Below are positions 10,703 through 20,344 of a stretch of DNA of 64,000 bases, one piece after another. The first letter of the stretch is position 1; every line of letters starts with the position of its first letter. The stretch comes from an uncultured archaeon (lineage in GTDB: Archaea; Thermoproteota; Bathyarchaeia; Bathyarchaeales; Bathycorpusculaceae), in contig CAWALK010000012.1 of the NCBI GenBank assembly GCA_963782915.1, positions 96,001 to 160,000 on the forward strand, in the 5' to 3' direction. The notes beneath the pieces were generated by a model that saw only the letters and a program-made list of their open reading frames with translations, was not told the origin of the DNA and ran no database searches. The position numbers were made by a program, and so were the translations under genes.

Positions 10703-12160
10703 TTACTTTTTTAGAAGCATACCAAGCATCCGTACCGTTCTACGCGGATTACGAATAGCCCTACCAACCTTATGCCTCGTCAACGTACGATTAATCGCGT
10801 TAGCCCTCATACATAACTCGCTTATTTCTTGGGCGGAGAACTCAGGCGTCTCAACCAACGGCTCCGTAGCAGCCAACGCATAATCACAAAAACCCTCACG
10901 TATGTATCCGCCTGCTTTTGCCTGTTCATAGAATGCGGTGCCATAAAGCGGCATAGCGATGCTAAACACAAAGCTTTCAGCCCCTAAACTTTTGAGTTTG
11001 TATGCGTAACGGATGGTTTCTTCGATGTCAGCTTTAGTTTCGCCGATTAAACCCATGACAAAGAAGCAACCGACTTTAATGCCGACTTTCTTGGCGGCTA
11101 CAATTGCTTCTTCAACCTTTTTCAAATCCAGATTCTTTTTAGCTACATCACTGACAATCCGCTGAACGCCCGATTCTGGGGCAACACGGATTTTTTTGCA
11201 ACCCGACCGCTTCATTTTCCATAACAGTTCCTCATCCAACGTGTCTGCTCTGACTCCGTTAGGAGTAAACCAATCAAAATGCAGGTCCCTCTCAACGATT
11301 AAGTCACAGATTTGCGCCATCCGCTGCTTATCCCATGTCATGTTATCGTCTGCGAAATCGATTTGTTTTATGCCATAGGTTTTGATGACGTGCTCAACTT
11401 CGTCAACCACATTCTTGGGGCTTCTGGGACGCCACTGTTTCCCCCAGACAATGCAATGTGTGCAGAAAACGCAGTTGAAGGGGCAGCCTCTGCTTGTGAT
11501 GACGATGGTGTAGGGTTTGGTTATTTCGCCACGGAGCGGGTTCTGTTTGACTGCTTCTGCATAAACCGTCATTGGTAACAGGTGCCGAGCCGGAAGAGGC
11601 AAGGTATCTAAGTCCTGAATAACTGCACGTTTGCCCGTGAGGATTACTTTGCCGTTTTCCCAGAAACCTAACCCGTCGATACCAAGGAAACTGGTTTTTT
11701 TCTGCTCCAAGACCTCAACTAATTCGGCAATGGTGTTTTCAGGTTCGCCGACAACCACAAAATCCGCCTCAGAATCTTCAAGGCAACTCTCTGGTCTTGA
11801 GGATGGATGCAGCCCAAACAGCACCACAACAATGTCTTTGTTAACCTTTTTTGCTATGGATACCACTTCAAACGCTGTTTTAGACCATCCTGAAAACGGA
11901 ATCTCCACCACAACAACTTCAGGTTTCCAATCCGTGATTCGCTGTGCAATCACGTCTGCGCTTAACCCCACTCGATACTTGGTTGCATCGAGCTCGAGGA
12001 GGTTTTCCCAGCCTTCTGTCGGAGAATCAATTATGGTAACTTGATGCGCTTTTTTCTCTAGAACCGCTGCGACTGATGCCATTGCGATTGGCGGAAAAAC
12101 GTTGGGTTTTCCCCATGCTTTAGGTTGAATTCGTGGTGGATTGATGAGGCAAACACGCAT
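10703..12160 (-). CDS. B12-binding radical SAM protein, paralog 2
   Basis: LINPP, GLHP, GEPE, SRGCPFNCVFC, APESG. Confidence 0.92.
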   Translation of the reverse strand: MRVCLINPPRIQPKAWGKPNVFPPIAMASVAAVLEKKAHQVTIIDSPTEGWENLLELDATKYRVGLSADVIAQRITDWKPEVVVVEIPFSGWSKTAFEVVSIAKKVNKDIVVVLFGLHPSSRPESCLEDSEADFVVVGEPENTIAELVEVLEQKKTSFLGIDGLGFWENGKVILTGKRAVIQDLDTLPLPARHLLPMTVYAEAVKQNPLRGEITKPYTIVITSRGCPFNCVFCTHCIVWGKQWRPRSPKNVVDEVEHVIKTYGIKQIDFADDNMTWDKQRMAQICDLIVERDLHFDWFTPNGVRADTLDEELLWKMKRSGCKKIRVAPESGVQRIVSDVAKKNLDLKKVEEAIVAAKKVGIKVGCFFVMGLIGETKADIEETIRYAYKLKSLGAESFVFSIAMPLYGTAFYEQAKAGGYIREGFCDYALAATEPLVETPEFSAQEISELCMRANAINRTLTRHKVGRAIRNPRRTVRMLGMLLKK

Positions 12161-12211
12161 GCAACGCACTTCTCTGCACAACTACGCTGATTCTTTGATT
12201 AATACTTTGCA

Positions 12212-13270
12212 CTAAATCGGTATAAACCAGAATACCCGTACCAAGACGAGAACGGCAACACAGAGAAGCCCCCACAAAATGATGGTTACGTCGCGTATCC
12301 GCAGCGCCCCTACTATTTTGTCGCCAGTTAACGGTTCCTGAGCATCTCCGAGGATATACTGGCCGGGTTTCTCTAGTTGGATGCGCAATGCGCCGGCGAC
12401 GGCTGCCATGGGCCAACCGTGGTTGCGGCTTGGGGTTTTTTTGTGGTCCCGTCGTGCCATTTTCCAAGCATTCTTTGCGTCCATTCGAAGGATTGCTGCT
12501 GCAACAATCATTAGCAAAGCCGTTAATCTTGTCGGAATAAAATTTACAAAGTTGTCCAGGTTAGCGCTGAACCAACCTGTGTTGATGTGTTCTTTTGTTT
12601 TGAACCCCACCATGCCGTCCAAGGTGTTGATGGCTCGGAAGGCGATTGCTCCTGTGACGCCAAACAGGGCAAAAGACATCATGGGTGAGAGTTTGAAGTC
12701 GATGAGGTTCTCGGACATGGATTCGATTACTGCACTGCCCATTTGTGCTCCGTTAAGGTTTCTTGAGTCTCGCCGTGAGAAATGAGCGTACTTTTTTGCT
12801 TCGGCGACATCTTGGGCGTCGATGGCTTTTGCTACAGATTTAGCCCAGTCTGTTTCAAGTTTGATGCAGATGGTCATTTTGAGCAGTATGATGCCGATGA
12901 CCGCGTAGATGAGTATGTTGAGGGCAAATGGCAGATAGGTGTAGATTGCCCATAACCCAAAGAATGTTGGCAACGCAAAGGCTGCAATCACCGTTAAACC
13001 AAGCAATACCCCGAGGAACTTTTCGATTCTGGAGTTTGGATTCTTGAAATAGGGCTCGATTTTTTTGGTAAAATTCCCCATGACCACGGTTGGATGCAGC
13101 TTAAACACCCATCTGTCAGGATAATTCGGTGAAGGATCGCCTAAAATTAAGTCCAACACTATAGCAAGAACAAGCATCGCTATTGCGACTGCTATGTTTA
13201 GGGTGTTTTGTCCCAGCCAAGAGTACAGGTCGAGCATTGCTTCGATACTTGGATGCTCACTTAATATCAA
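12212..13270 (-). CDS. cbiB: Adenosylcobinamide-phosphate synthase CbiB
   Basis: DLILGDP, HP, ESMSEN..D, RAINTLDGMVG, LDNFVNFIPTRL, SRNHGWPMAAVAGAL. Confidence 0.9.
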   Translation of the reverse strand: MILSEHPSIEAMLDLYSWLGQNTLNIAVAIAMLVLAIVLDLILGDPSPNYPDRWVFKLHPTVVMGNFTKKIEPYFKNPNSRIEKFLGVLLGLTVIAAFALPTFFGLWAIYTYLPFALNILIYAVIGIILLKMTICIKLETDWAKSVAKAIDAQDVAEAKKYAHFSRRDSRNLNGAQMGSAVIESMSENLIDFKLSPMMSFALFGVTGAIAFRAINTLDGMVGFKTKEHINTGWFSANLDNFVNFIPTRLTALLMIVAAAILRMDAKNAWKMARRDHKKTPSRNHGWPMAAVAGALRIQLEKPGQYILGDAQEPLTGDKIVGALRIRDVTIILWGLLCVAVLVLVRVFWFIPI

Positions 13271-13298
13271 TTACGGTTAACACGTTAAAAGAAGCCGC

Positions 13299-13396
13299 TT
13301 GTGTGTCACCGACCTATCCCCCATCTATTTATAGTGACATGGAGGCGTCGTTTGCTGCTTTGCCAACCTATCCCCTCCCTTATATATAGATTCAAG
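13299..13396 (-). repeat. Tandem pair of G-box repeat units (C1, C2)
   Basis: GTTTGCTGCTTTGCCAACCTATCCCCTCCCTTATATATAGATTCAAG is nearly identical to 42960-43005. A second unit, GACCTATCCCCCATCTATTTATAG, precedes it. Confidence 0.85.
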
Positions 13397-13490
13397 GGCA
13401 GGTTCAACCCGCTTAACCCAAACAAAACTTTGCTCTACACACGGATTTTCGGTTTGTTTTTTAAGCTCAAACACCGCTATACCTCAATAG

Positions 13491-13937
13491 GTGCCAAGCT
13501 TGGAGCAACAAGAAGAACTCAACGCTACACTATTCCACACATACCTCTACCTAGTTAAAGCAGGCAAACCCGTCGGACCAAGAGACCTAATGCGTGGTGC
13601 TAACCTGAGCAGCCCAAGCGTTGCATACCGCAACCTACAGCGGCTTATTGACTTGGGCTATGTAGCTAAGGACGACTATGGCAACTACTTCGTCAAAAAG
13701 AAAGTTAACTTACGTGGCTACGTTTGGATTGGTAAAACGCTTGTTCCACGCTTCGCAATCTTCGGCTTAGTTTTCATCGGTGTGCTGTTGGCTGAAATCG
13801 CAGTTTTGATTCCCCATCTACTCGCAAATTCCCCTGTTGAGGAATCATTTTGGCTACTGACCATAGTAACGATTGTTGCAGCGGCAATTTTTCTAGTTGA
13901 AGGCTTAAGATTTAGAAAGAAAACAAAAATTAGCTGA
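13491..13937 (+). CDS. Winged-helix DNA-binding protein with two C-terminal TM helices
   Basis: VGPRDLMRGANLSSPSVAYRNLQRLIDLGYV wHTH, followed by two hydrophobic segments. Confidence 0.8.
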   Translation: MPSLEQQEELNATLFHTYLYLVKAGKPVGPRDLMRGANLSSPSVAYRNLQRLIDLGYVAKDDYGNYFVKKKVNLRGYVWIGKTLVPRFAIFGLVFIGVLLAEIAVLIPHLLANSPVEESFWLLTIVTIVAAAIFLVEGLRFRKKTKIS

Positions 13938-13944
13938 GAGGCCT

Positions 13945-15330
13945 TTAGTTTCTTCTCAGCTTCAGTTTAATGGTAGCGATCAAGTTTACGCCGACAACCA
14001 ACGCCGTGGATATTTTGAAGCGTCTACGTTTATCCATAAAGTATGCTCTGCGGAGGTAGTAGTGGTGGAATGCGCCTTCTCGAAGTTTGCCAAGGTCCTT
14101 CATGCTTAGTTGGGGTGTTTCAAAGATGGGCCGTGTCGTGTCGTATTTGTCGAAGTCGGTGACTCGCAGCCAACCATTAGCCTTCACCTGATCATACAGC
14201 GGCGTTCCCGGAAAAGGTGTTGCGACATTGTAGAATCCGATGGCGTCAGGAGCAACTTTCTCAATGAACTTGATTGTATCCCACGCGCTCTTTTTGGTTT
14301 CTCCCGGGAAACCTAAGATGACGTTTGGAACAGGCTTCAAACCTACCTCGCGAACTAACCCGAGGGTTTTAGCGGTTAATTCTGGTGTGATGCCTTTTTT
14401 CATTGCTTCCAACACTTCTTTGGTGCCTGATTCAACGCCAAACCAAACTGAGACGCAACCGGCATCCTTCATGGTTATGAGTAGGTCTTTGGTTAGCATG
14501 TCTACGCGTGTGCCGCAGTTCCATTCGATTTTTAAGCCGCGTTTTTTGATTTCTCTGCAGACTTCTTCAACTCGGGGTTTGTCAACTGTGAAGGCGTCGT
14601 CGCAGAAGGTGAATTTTGTTTTGCCGTAGGTTTTGTATAGAAATTCTAGTTCGTCAACTACGTTTTGGGCGCTTCGCATACGGTATTGGCGTCCATGCAT
14701 GCGAACTGTGCAGCAGAATTCACACCAGTACACGCAGCCTCGACTCATGGCAAGGTAGAGTACGTCTTCGTATTGGGTGAATTTCTCCATAGGCCAAAGA
14801 TGCCTTGCTGGAAATGGTAGGCTGTCGAGGTCTTCGATGTATGGGCTGTCCTCGTTGCGGACGATTTTGCCATCCAATCGGTAAGTGATGCCTAAAACGT
14901 CTTTGCAGCTTTTTTCAGCTTCAATACGCTGCACCAACTCCAAAATTGTGGCTTCGCCTTCTCTTCGAACAACAATATCCAGTTCGGGGCACTCTTCAAG
15001 GGCATGATCATCCCAGAAGGTAACGTGTGGGCCACCCGCGAAAGTTATGCAGTTAGGAAGGATTTCTCGTGCAGCTTTGATTAATTTTAAGCCTGATTTG
15101 TAAGTAAGCGTGGAGGAAGTAACCCCAACGATGTCGGGTTTGCGTTTTTCTATTTCTTTTTTGTAATCTTCAACACTCAGTTGGGATACTTGGCAGTCGA
15201 TGACGTCAACTTGATAGTTGTTTTTTTCTAAAACGGCAGCTAAATACCCTAATCCTAGCAGTGCAAAGGGCCAGTGCATGACGGCGCCGGCTGGTGCGGC
15301 TGGGTTAACTAAGGTTATGTGGGGTTTCAT
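13945..15330 (-). CDS. B12-binding radical SAM protein, paralog 3
   Basis: LVNP..LGLGYLAA, GGPH, REGE, SRGCVYWCEFC, FGVESG. Likely ATG at 15330. Confidence 0.92.
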   Translation of the reverse strand: MKPHITLVNPAAPAGAVMHWPFALLGLGYLAAVLEKNNYQVDVIDCQVSQLSVEDYKKEIEKRKPDIVGVTSSTLTYKSGLKLIKAAREILPNCITFAGGPHVTFWDDHALEECPELDIVVRREGEATILELVQRIEAEKSCKDVLGITYRLDGKIVRNEDSPYIEDLDSLPFPARHLWPMEKFTQYEDVLYLAMSRGCVYWCEFCCTVRMHGRQYRMRSAQNVVDELEFLYKTYGKTKFTFCDDAFTVDKPRVEEVCREIKKRGLKIEWNCGTRVDMLTKDLLITMKDAGCVSVWFGVESGTKEVLEAMKKGITPELTAKTLGLVREVGLKPVPNVILGFPGETKKSAWDTIKFIEKVAPDAIGFYNVATPFPGTPLYDQVKANGWLRVTDFDKYDTTRPIFETPQLSMKDLGKLREGAFHHYYLRRAYFMDKRRRFKISTALVVGVNLIATIKLKLRRN

Positions 15331-15478
15331 TTCTGCTTCACGCTTTGAGGTTTTGTCTGTTTGAAGGGATTTGAGGCTTAAAACGTTTCGCATTTTCCCA
15401 TATCTGCCCCATTCAGGGAATTGTTTGATGGTTAGTCCTCGCATTGGACGGCTGAGTGTTTTTCTCAAAACTATTTAA

Positions 15479-16336
15479 ATGGATAAAAGCAGTTTAATGC
15501 AATGCAACTTCGGAGGATACGAGGCATTGATAGATCAAACACTCAAAGACCAAATTCATAAAGCCAACATAGAAGTCCATCGAAGCGAAGCAAAATACTA
15601 CGAAGCCATACACCCCGAAGTCTACAGCAGAAAAGAGCAAAAAAGGGTTTGGCGTCAACTCAAAGCCATAGACCAGCAAATAACAGATAATCAGAAAATT
15701 GCCCTTGACGTCGGAGCAGGCACCGGCAACCTCACGGGCAAACTCCTCGAAATGGGTTACCACGTTACTGCGACGGATATTTCGCCTGAAATGTGTGCCG
15801 TACTCAAAAAGAAATATGCCGCATACATCCCGGACAAGCTGAAGATAATTAATTCCCCAATAGAAGACTTAACTTTTAGCAAAGGCAAATTCGATTTAAT
15901 AACCAGCTATTCTGTGCTTCATCATTTACCCGATTATGTGTCTGCATTGCATACGCTCTGTGGTTTCCTCAAGAAGGGCGGAGTAGTATACATAGATCAT
16001 GAGGCTTCACCTTACTATTGGGTGAGCGAGAGGGGTATGCTTGCAAGCTTAATCAAAGGTTTCACGTTCCACTCAAACCCCCTATTGAACAGTTTATATT
16101 TCCAAATCATAGGCCTAAGAATCCCAACAATCGATTATACCCTGTCTGATTATTGGTTTAAAAAAGAACACGCCCTAAACCACCAAGCGTTAAGCCAAGT
16201 TTTCAAGCAAGAAGGTTTCCAAACCTACAAAAGAACCGACCATTACTTAACGGGCAGTTGGCTTCCAAATCCGCTATCATACATTTATCGGCTTGTGTGT
16301 AGGCCAGAAATGAGTTTATGGGTAGCAAAAAAGTAG
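15479..16336 (+). CDS. Class I SAM-dependent methyltransferase
   Basis: ALDVGAGTG motif I; FDLI..VLHH; LKKGG. Confidence 0.9.
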   Translation: MDKSSLMQCNFGGYEALIDQTLKDQIHKANIEVHRSEAKYYEAIHPEVYSRKEQKRVWRQLKAIDQQITDNQKIALDVGAGTGNLTGKLLEMGYHVTATDISPEMCAVLKKKYAAYIPDKLKIINSPIEDLTFSKGKFDLITSYSVLHHLPDYVSALHTLCGFLKKGGVVYIDHEASPYYWVSERGMLASLIKGFTFHSNPLLNSLYFQIIGLRIPTIDYTLSDYWFKKEHALNHQALSQVFKQEGFQTYKRTDHYLTGSWLPNPLSYIYRLVCRPEMSLWVAKK

Positions 16337-17377
16337 CTATGCGTCTAAAGTTTTCTTTACTGGATTGCCCAGCCAATATTTAGGCATAGATTGATGCTCC
16401 AGCAATGAAGGGAACAAGTTTAGCGGCCAAGAAGGTATCATCGGTGATAAGAAAAGGTAAGGTTTCTCCATGCCGTTGATTTTGCTGATTTGCTCCGAAA
16501 CCTCAAACATTTTACTGAAATCTTCCAATGCAACAGCCACATACAAATCGTAATCGCCGAGTAATCTTATGATTACGATTAAGTTGGGTATTCGGAGTAG
16601 TTGCGTATAAATTTCTGTTAGTTTGCTTCGGTTTGAAACTTTAATGTATAAATCCGCCAGGGCTGTATAGCCGAGCTTGTTTAAATCCAAAGTTATCGTA
16701 GAACGTGTCAAGAGGGTTTGTCGTAATTTTCTGTATCTTTGAATAACCGTTTTTGTGGACAAACCGAGTTGTTCGGCTACTTGCCTAAAGGGTATTCGCG
16801 AGTTCTGGGAAACGATTATAGCTATTTTCCTATCAAACTCGTCGAGTTCCATGGGCGATTGATCTATATTGCTTAAGGCTGGTCTGTGGTTTTTGTTTTT
16901 ACTTGGGGGAAGGGGTTTTATGACTAAGTTTGTTGGGAATTCTACGTTTACTGCCTCTGCCCAAATCAGGGTATCTACGTGCTTAATTTCTGTGTTTGAT
17001 TCCAGATCCTCAACGATTTCGGAGAGCTTATTCAAATCGCTCAACGCCACTTTGGCATAAAAATTGTATTTTCCCAAATGTGTAACAACTTGAGCAACCT
17101 GTTGCTTGCTCTCGAGGTATTCAGCTACTGCTTTCTCGTTTTCGCTCTCAGTTATTATACCTAAATCGATGATATGGCGGTAGCCCAAACGGTGAGGATT
17201 AACGATTGTGACTTCGCCGTTTATTACTCCCTCTCGCCATAATTTTTTGTAGCGCATCCTAACTGCGCCAACAGTTATTTTGCATTCTTTGGCTATATCT
17301 GTAAAGCTGGTTCGAGATTCCTCTAAGAGCATACGTATGATGGTGGCGTCGATTTCGTCGATTTTTGGTGTATTCAC
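16337..17377 (-). CDS. Double-domain Lrp/AsnC family regulator, paralog A
   Basis: Two HTH_AsnC+RAM units (IDEIDATIIRMLLEESRTSFTDIAK; LDEFDRKIAIIVSQNSRIPFRQVA). Confidence 0.9.
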   Translation of the reverse strand: MNTPKIDEIDATIIRMLLEESRTSFTDIAKECKITVGAVRMRYKKLWREGVINGEVTIVNPHRLGYRHIIDLGIITESENEKAVAEYLESKQQVAQVVTHLGKYNFYAKVALSDLNKLSEIVEDLESNTEIKHVDTLIWAEAVNVEFPTNLVIKPLPPSKNKNHRPALSNIDQSPMELDEFDRKIAIIVSQNSRIPFRQVAEQLGLSTKTVIQRYRKLRQTLLTRSTITLDLNKLGYTALADLYIKVSNRSKLTEIYTQLLRIPNLIVIIRLLGDYDLYVAVALEDFSKMFEVSEQISKINGMEKPYLFLSPMIPSWPLNLFPSLLEHQSMPKYWLGNPVKKTLDA

Positions 17378-17627
17378 TGGTTATCCTTGAGCCTGAATTT
17401 TTGTATTTGCTAGTAGATGCTTGCTAATTAAGCTTCTGAGTAATAATTTGAATATTACTATCATTATTTTTACTGTTTTTGCATAATTGATTGATAAAAA
17501 AAGCGAAATGTTGCGTCACAAAAAATTCCTTTTGTATTTCACTTCAAATTTTACTTTAATTGAATTTGTTGTAATTTTGAAGTTTCTTCTATGAGCAGTT
17601 TCTTCTTGTGCTGCTAGGGGAAAAAAT

Positions 17628-18650
17628 TTATGTTTCTCCAAATACAGGTTGCTCTGCAGCATCTGTAAGGAGCATTTCTGAAAACAGGTTCAAGGGCCAA
17701 GCAGGAAACATCGGAGTTAAAATCGTCTCAGGTTTCTCTATCCCGTCTATTCTATTAATTTGAGTTGCTACCTCAAACATTTTAGTGAAATCTTCCAGTG
17801 CAATTGCAACGTATAGATCATAGACGCTAAGCAACCTCAAAATCACGATGATGTTGGGGATTTCAAGCAGTTGATTGTAGATTTCAGTCATTTTTCCCCG
17901 GTTTGAAACTTTTATGTAAAGATTCGCTAAAGCAGAGTAACCTAATCTGTTTAGATCTAATGTTATGCATGAATATGTTAGTAGTGGGCCTCTTAGTTTC
18001 TTGTATCTTTGAATAACTGTTTTTGTGGAGACACCGACTTGTTGAGCTATTTGTCTGAATGGTGTTCTGGAATTCTTTGAGACTATATGCGCAATTTTTC
18101 TGTCTATTTCGTCGATACGTATTGGCGATTGGTCTATATTGGCTAGGGCGGGGCGTTGGTTTTTAGTAAAGCCGTCATCCATTAGCGGTTTAATAGTTAA
18201 GTTCGTTGGGAACTCCACATTGACTCCTTCGGCCCAAATTATTGCGTCAACATGCTTAATTTTCTGATTTGATTCCAAGTCCTCAATAATCTGTGCTAAC
18301 CTGTTTAGGTCACGGAGAGCAACTCTCGTGTAGAACGTATAACTCCCTATATGAGTAAGCAAACAGGATAGGTATGGTTTAGTTTTAAGGTAATCTGCGG
18401 CTTCTTTTTCATTTTCACTATCTGCCGTAATTCCTAAGTCTATGATATGTCGGTAGCCTAGACAATGCGGATTAACGATGGTGACTTCGCCGTTTATGAT
18501 GCCTTGTCGCCATAGGCGTTTATAGCGCATCCTGACTGCACCGACGGTAATATGACATTGCTTAGAAATTTCCGTGAAGCTTGTTCTGGATTCAGCTAAA
18601 AGCATTTTCAAAATTTTTGCGTCAGTGCTGTCTATCTTAATGGTATCCAC
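17628..18650 (-). CDS. Double-domain Lrp/AsnC family regulator, paralog B
   Basis: Colinear with and strongly similar to 16337..17377 (shared ITVGAVRMRYK, VNVEFPTNL, WPLNLF). Confidence 0.9.
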   Translation of the reverse strand: MDTIKIDSTDAKILKMLLAESRTSFTEISKQCHITVGAVRMRYKRLWRQGIINGEVTIVNPHCLGYRHIIDLGITADSENEKEAADYLKTKPYLSCLLTHIGSYTFYTRVALRDLNRLAQIIEDLESNQKIKHVDAIIWAEGVNVEFPTNLTIKPLMDDGFTKNQRPALANIDQSPIRIDEIDRKIAHIVSKNSRTPFRQIAQQVGVSTKTVIQRYKKLRGPLLTYSCITLDLNRLGYSALANLYIKVSNRGKMTEIYNQLLEIPNIIVILRLLSVYDLYVAIALEDFTKMFEVATQINRIDGIEKPETILTPMFPAWPLNLFSEMLLTDAAEQPVFGET

Positions 18651-18903
18651 GTTAACCCTGCCTTGAAAGAATGTATGTTCAACTGAACAGTTATTTATTA
18701 AGTTTCGTTGAGAGCAGTATTACAATTATTAATAATGCCCACGCTTACCTAATAAAATTGAACGGCGACCTCTGGACGCTTATCAACTTGAGGAATACTG
18801 TCTGGCTAGTTTTCACAAAACCCTCTTATGAGCACGTATTCCGTTAAAGCTATAAAGCTCGCATGTCATCAAACCCTAAAACAAGCATCAGAGGCAACCC
18901 GCC

Positions 18904-20334
18904 ATGCCCACAAAACCCAAAAACAAACCTTCTGAGCCCAAAGTCGCCAAATCCAACACCATCCTACTAATGACTACTGCACCGCCCGAGAAGGACACAT
19001 GGTACCATGGCAAACGTTTGCCTCCCATCGGATTAATGTACGTTGCCTCAGCGCTTGAAAAAGCCGGGTTCACGGTACAAATGCTTGACAATTACCTCAT
19101 GAACAAACCAGCCCAAGAAGTAAAACAGTTAATTGCAAACCTCAACCCAATGATGGTCGGCATAACCTGCGGTTCAGCGACTTTTGCACGCTGTGTAGAA
19201 ACCGCCAAAACCATCAAAGAAACCAAACCCGACTGCACCGTAGTAGTGGGCGGTTGGCATGCATCCTATTTACCCGAAACGCTCCTGGCACATCCAGAGA
19301 TCGATTATGTTGTAATGGGTGAAGGTGAACGGGCAATCACTCAGCTGGCAAAGGCACTGGTAAACGACGACTTAACCCAAGCCTCAGCTGTCGCGGGCGT
19401 CGCCTGCAGAGGCAACAGCGGCAACATCATAAATCCGCCTGTGTTCATCGAGAACATGGATGAAATCCCCTATCCAGCAAGACACCTCTTACCTCTTGAA
19501 CAGTACGACCGAACAATCGAATTCCTAAACGCCAAACCCGCAGACGTAATGAGCATCTCACGCGGCTGCGTTTTCAACTGCGGCTTCTGCGAAACCCGCA
19601 AACTCTGGGGTAACATCTGCCGTGGCTTCACTCCACAACGAGTTATAGGTGAAATAGAAGACCTCATGAGCCGCTTTGGCACCAAAGGCATCTACTTCAT
19701 CAACGACAACTTTACACTCCGAAAAGAGAAAACCAAAGAACTCTGCAACCTCATGATTGAGAAAAACCTCAACTTAGAATGGGTCTGCGACACACGTGTT
19801 GACTTAGTCGATGACGAGTTGCTGGCTTTGATGAGTAAAGCTGGCTGCAAAGTAATCTGGTTCGGCGTCGAATCCGGCTCAGAAAAGGTTTTGGCACGTA
19901 TCGGCAGAAACACTAAACCTGAACAGGTCGAAACAGCATTCAAACTTTGCGAGAAACACGGCATAAAAACCGCCTGCTCCTTCATGCTCGGCTTACCAGA
20001 CGAAACACTCGCCGACATGGAAATCTCTTTAAAATTCGCCAAAAAACTCAACCCAGACTACTGCATGTTCAACATATTCATCGCATACCCAGACAGCAAA
20101 CTCTACAACGAAATGTTACAATCAGGCAAATACACCCAACTCGACGATTATCTTCTCAGCGTCAAAACCGATGAGTACGATTTTGAATCCCTAAAAGCAG
20201 TCCAATGGCGCTTCTTCAAAAGCTTCCACATGACGCCACGCCAAATCATCAAGCGCGCCAAACGTGAAGGTGTACTGACTTTTGCCAAACGCAGACTCAC
20301 GGGCGGTGTTCGTAAAGCAAACGGAACGGCTTAG
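18904..20334 (+). CDS. B12-binding radical SAM protein, paralog 4
   Basis: PPIGLMYVA, GGWH, GEGE, SRGCVFNCGFC, FGVESG. Confidence 0.92.
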   Translation: MPTKPKNKPSEPKVAKSNTILLMTTAPPEKDTWYHGKRLPPIGLMYVASALEKAGFTVQMLDNYLMNKPAQEVKQLIANLNPMMVGITCGSATFARCVETAKTIKETKPDCTVVVGGWHASYLPETLLAHPEIDYVVMGEGERAITQLAKALVNDDLTQASAVAGVACRGNSGNIINPPVFIENMDEIPYPARHLLPLEQYDRTIEFLNAKPADVMSISRGCVFNCGFCETRKLWGNICRGFTPQRVIGEIEDLMSRFGTKGIYFINDNFTLRKEKTKELCNLMIEKNLNLEWVCDTRVDLVDDELLALMSKAGCKVIWFGVESGSEKVLARIGRNTKPEQVETAFKLCEKHGIKTACSFMLGLPDETLADMEISLKFAKKLNPDYCMFNIFIAYPDSKLYNEMLQSGKYTQLDDYLLSVKTDEYDFESLKAVQWRFFKSFHMTPRQIIKRAKREGVLTFAKRRLTGGVRKANGTA

Positions 20335-20344
20335 GTGAAGCGGT

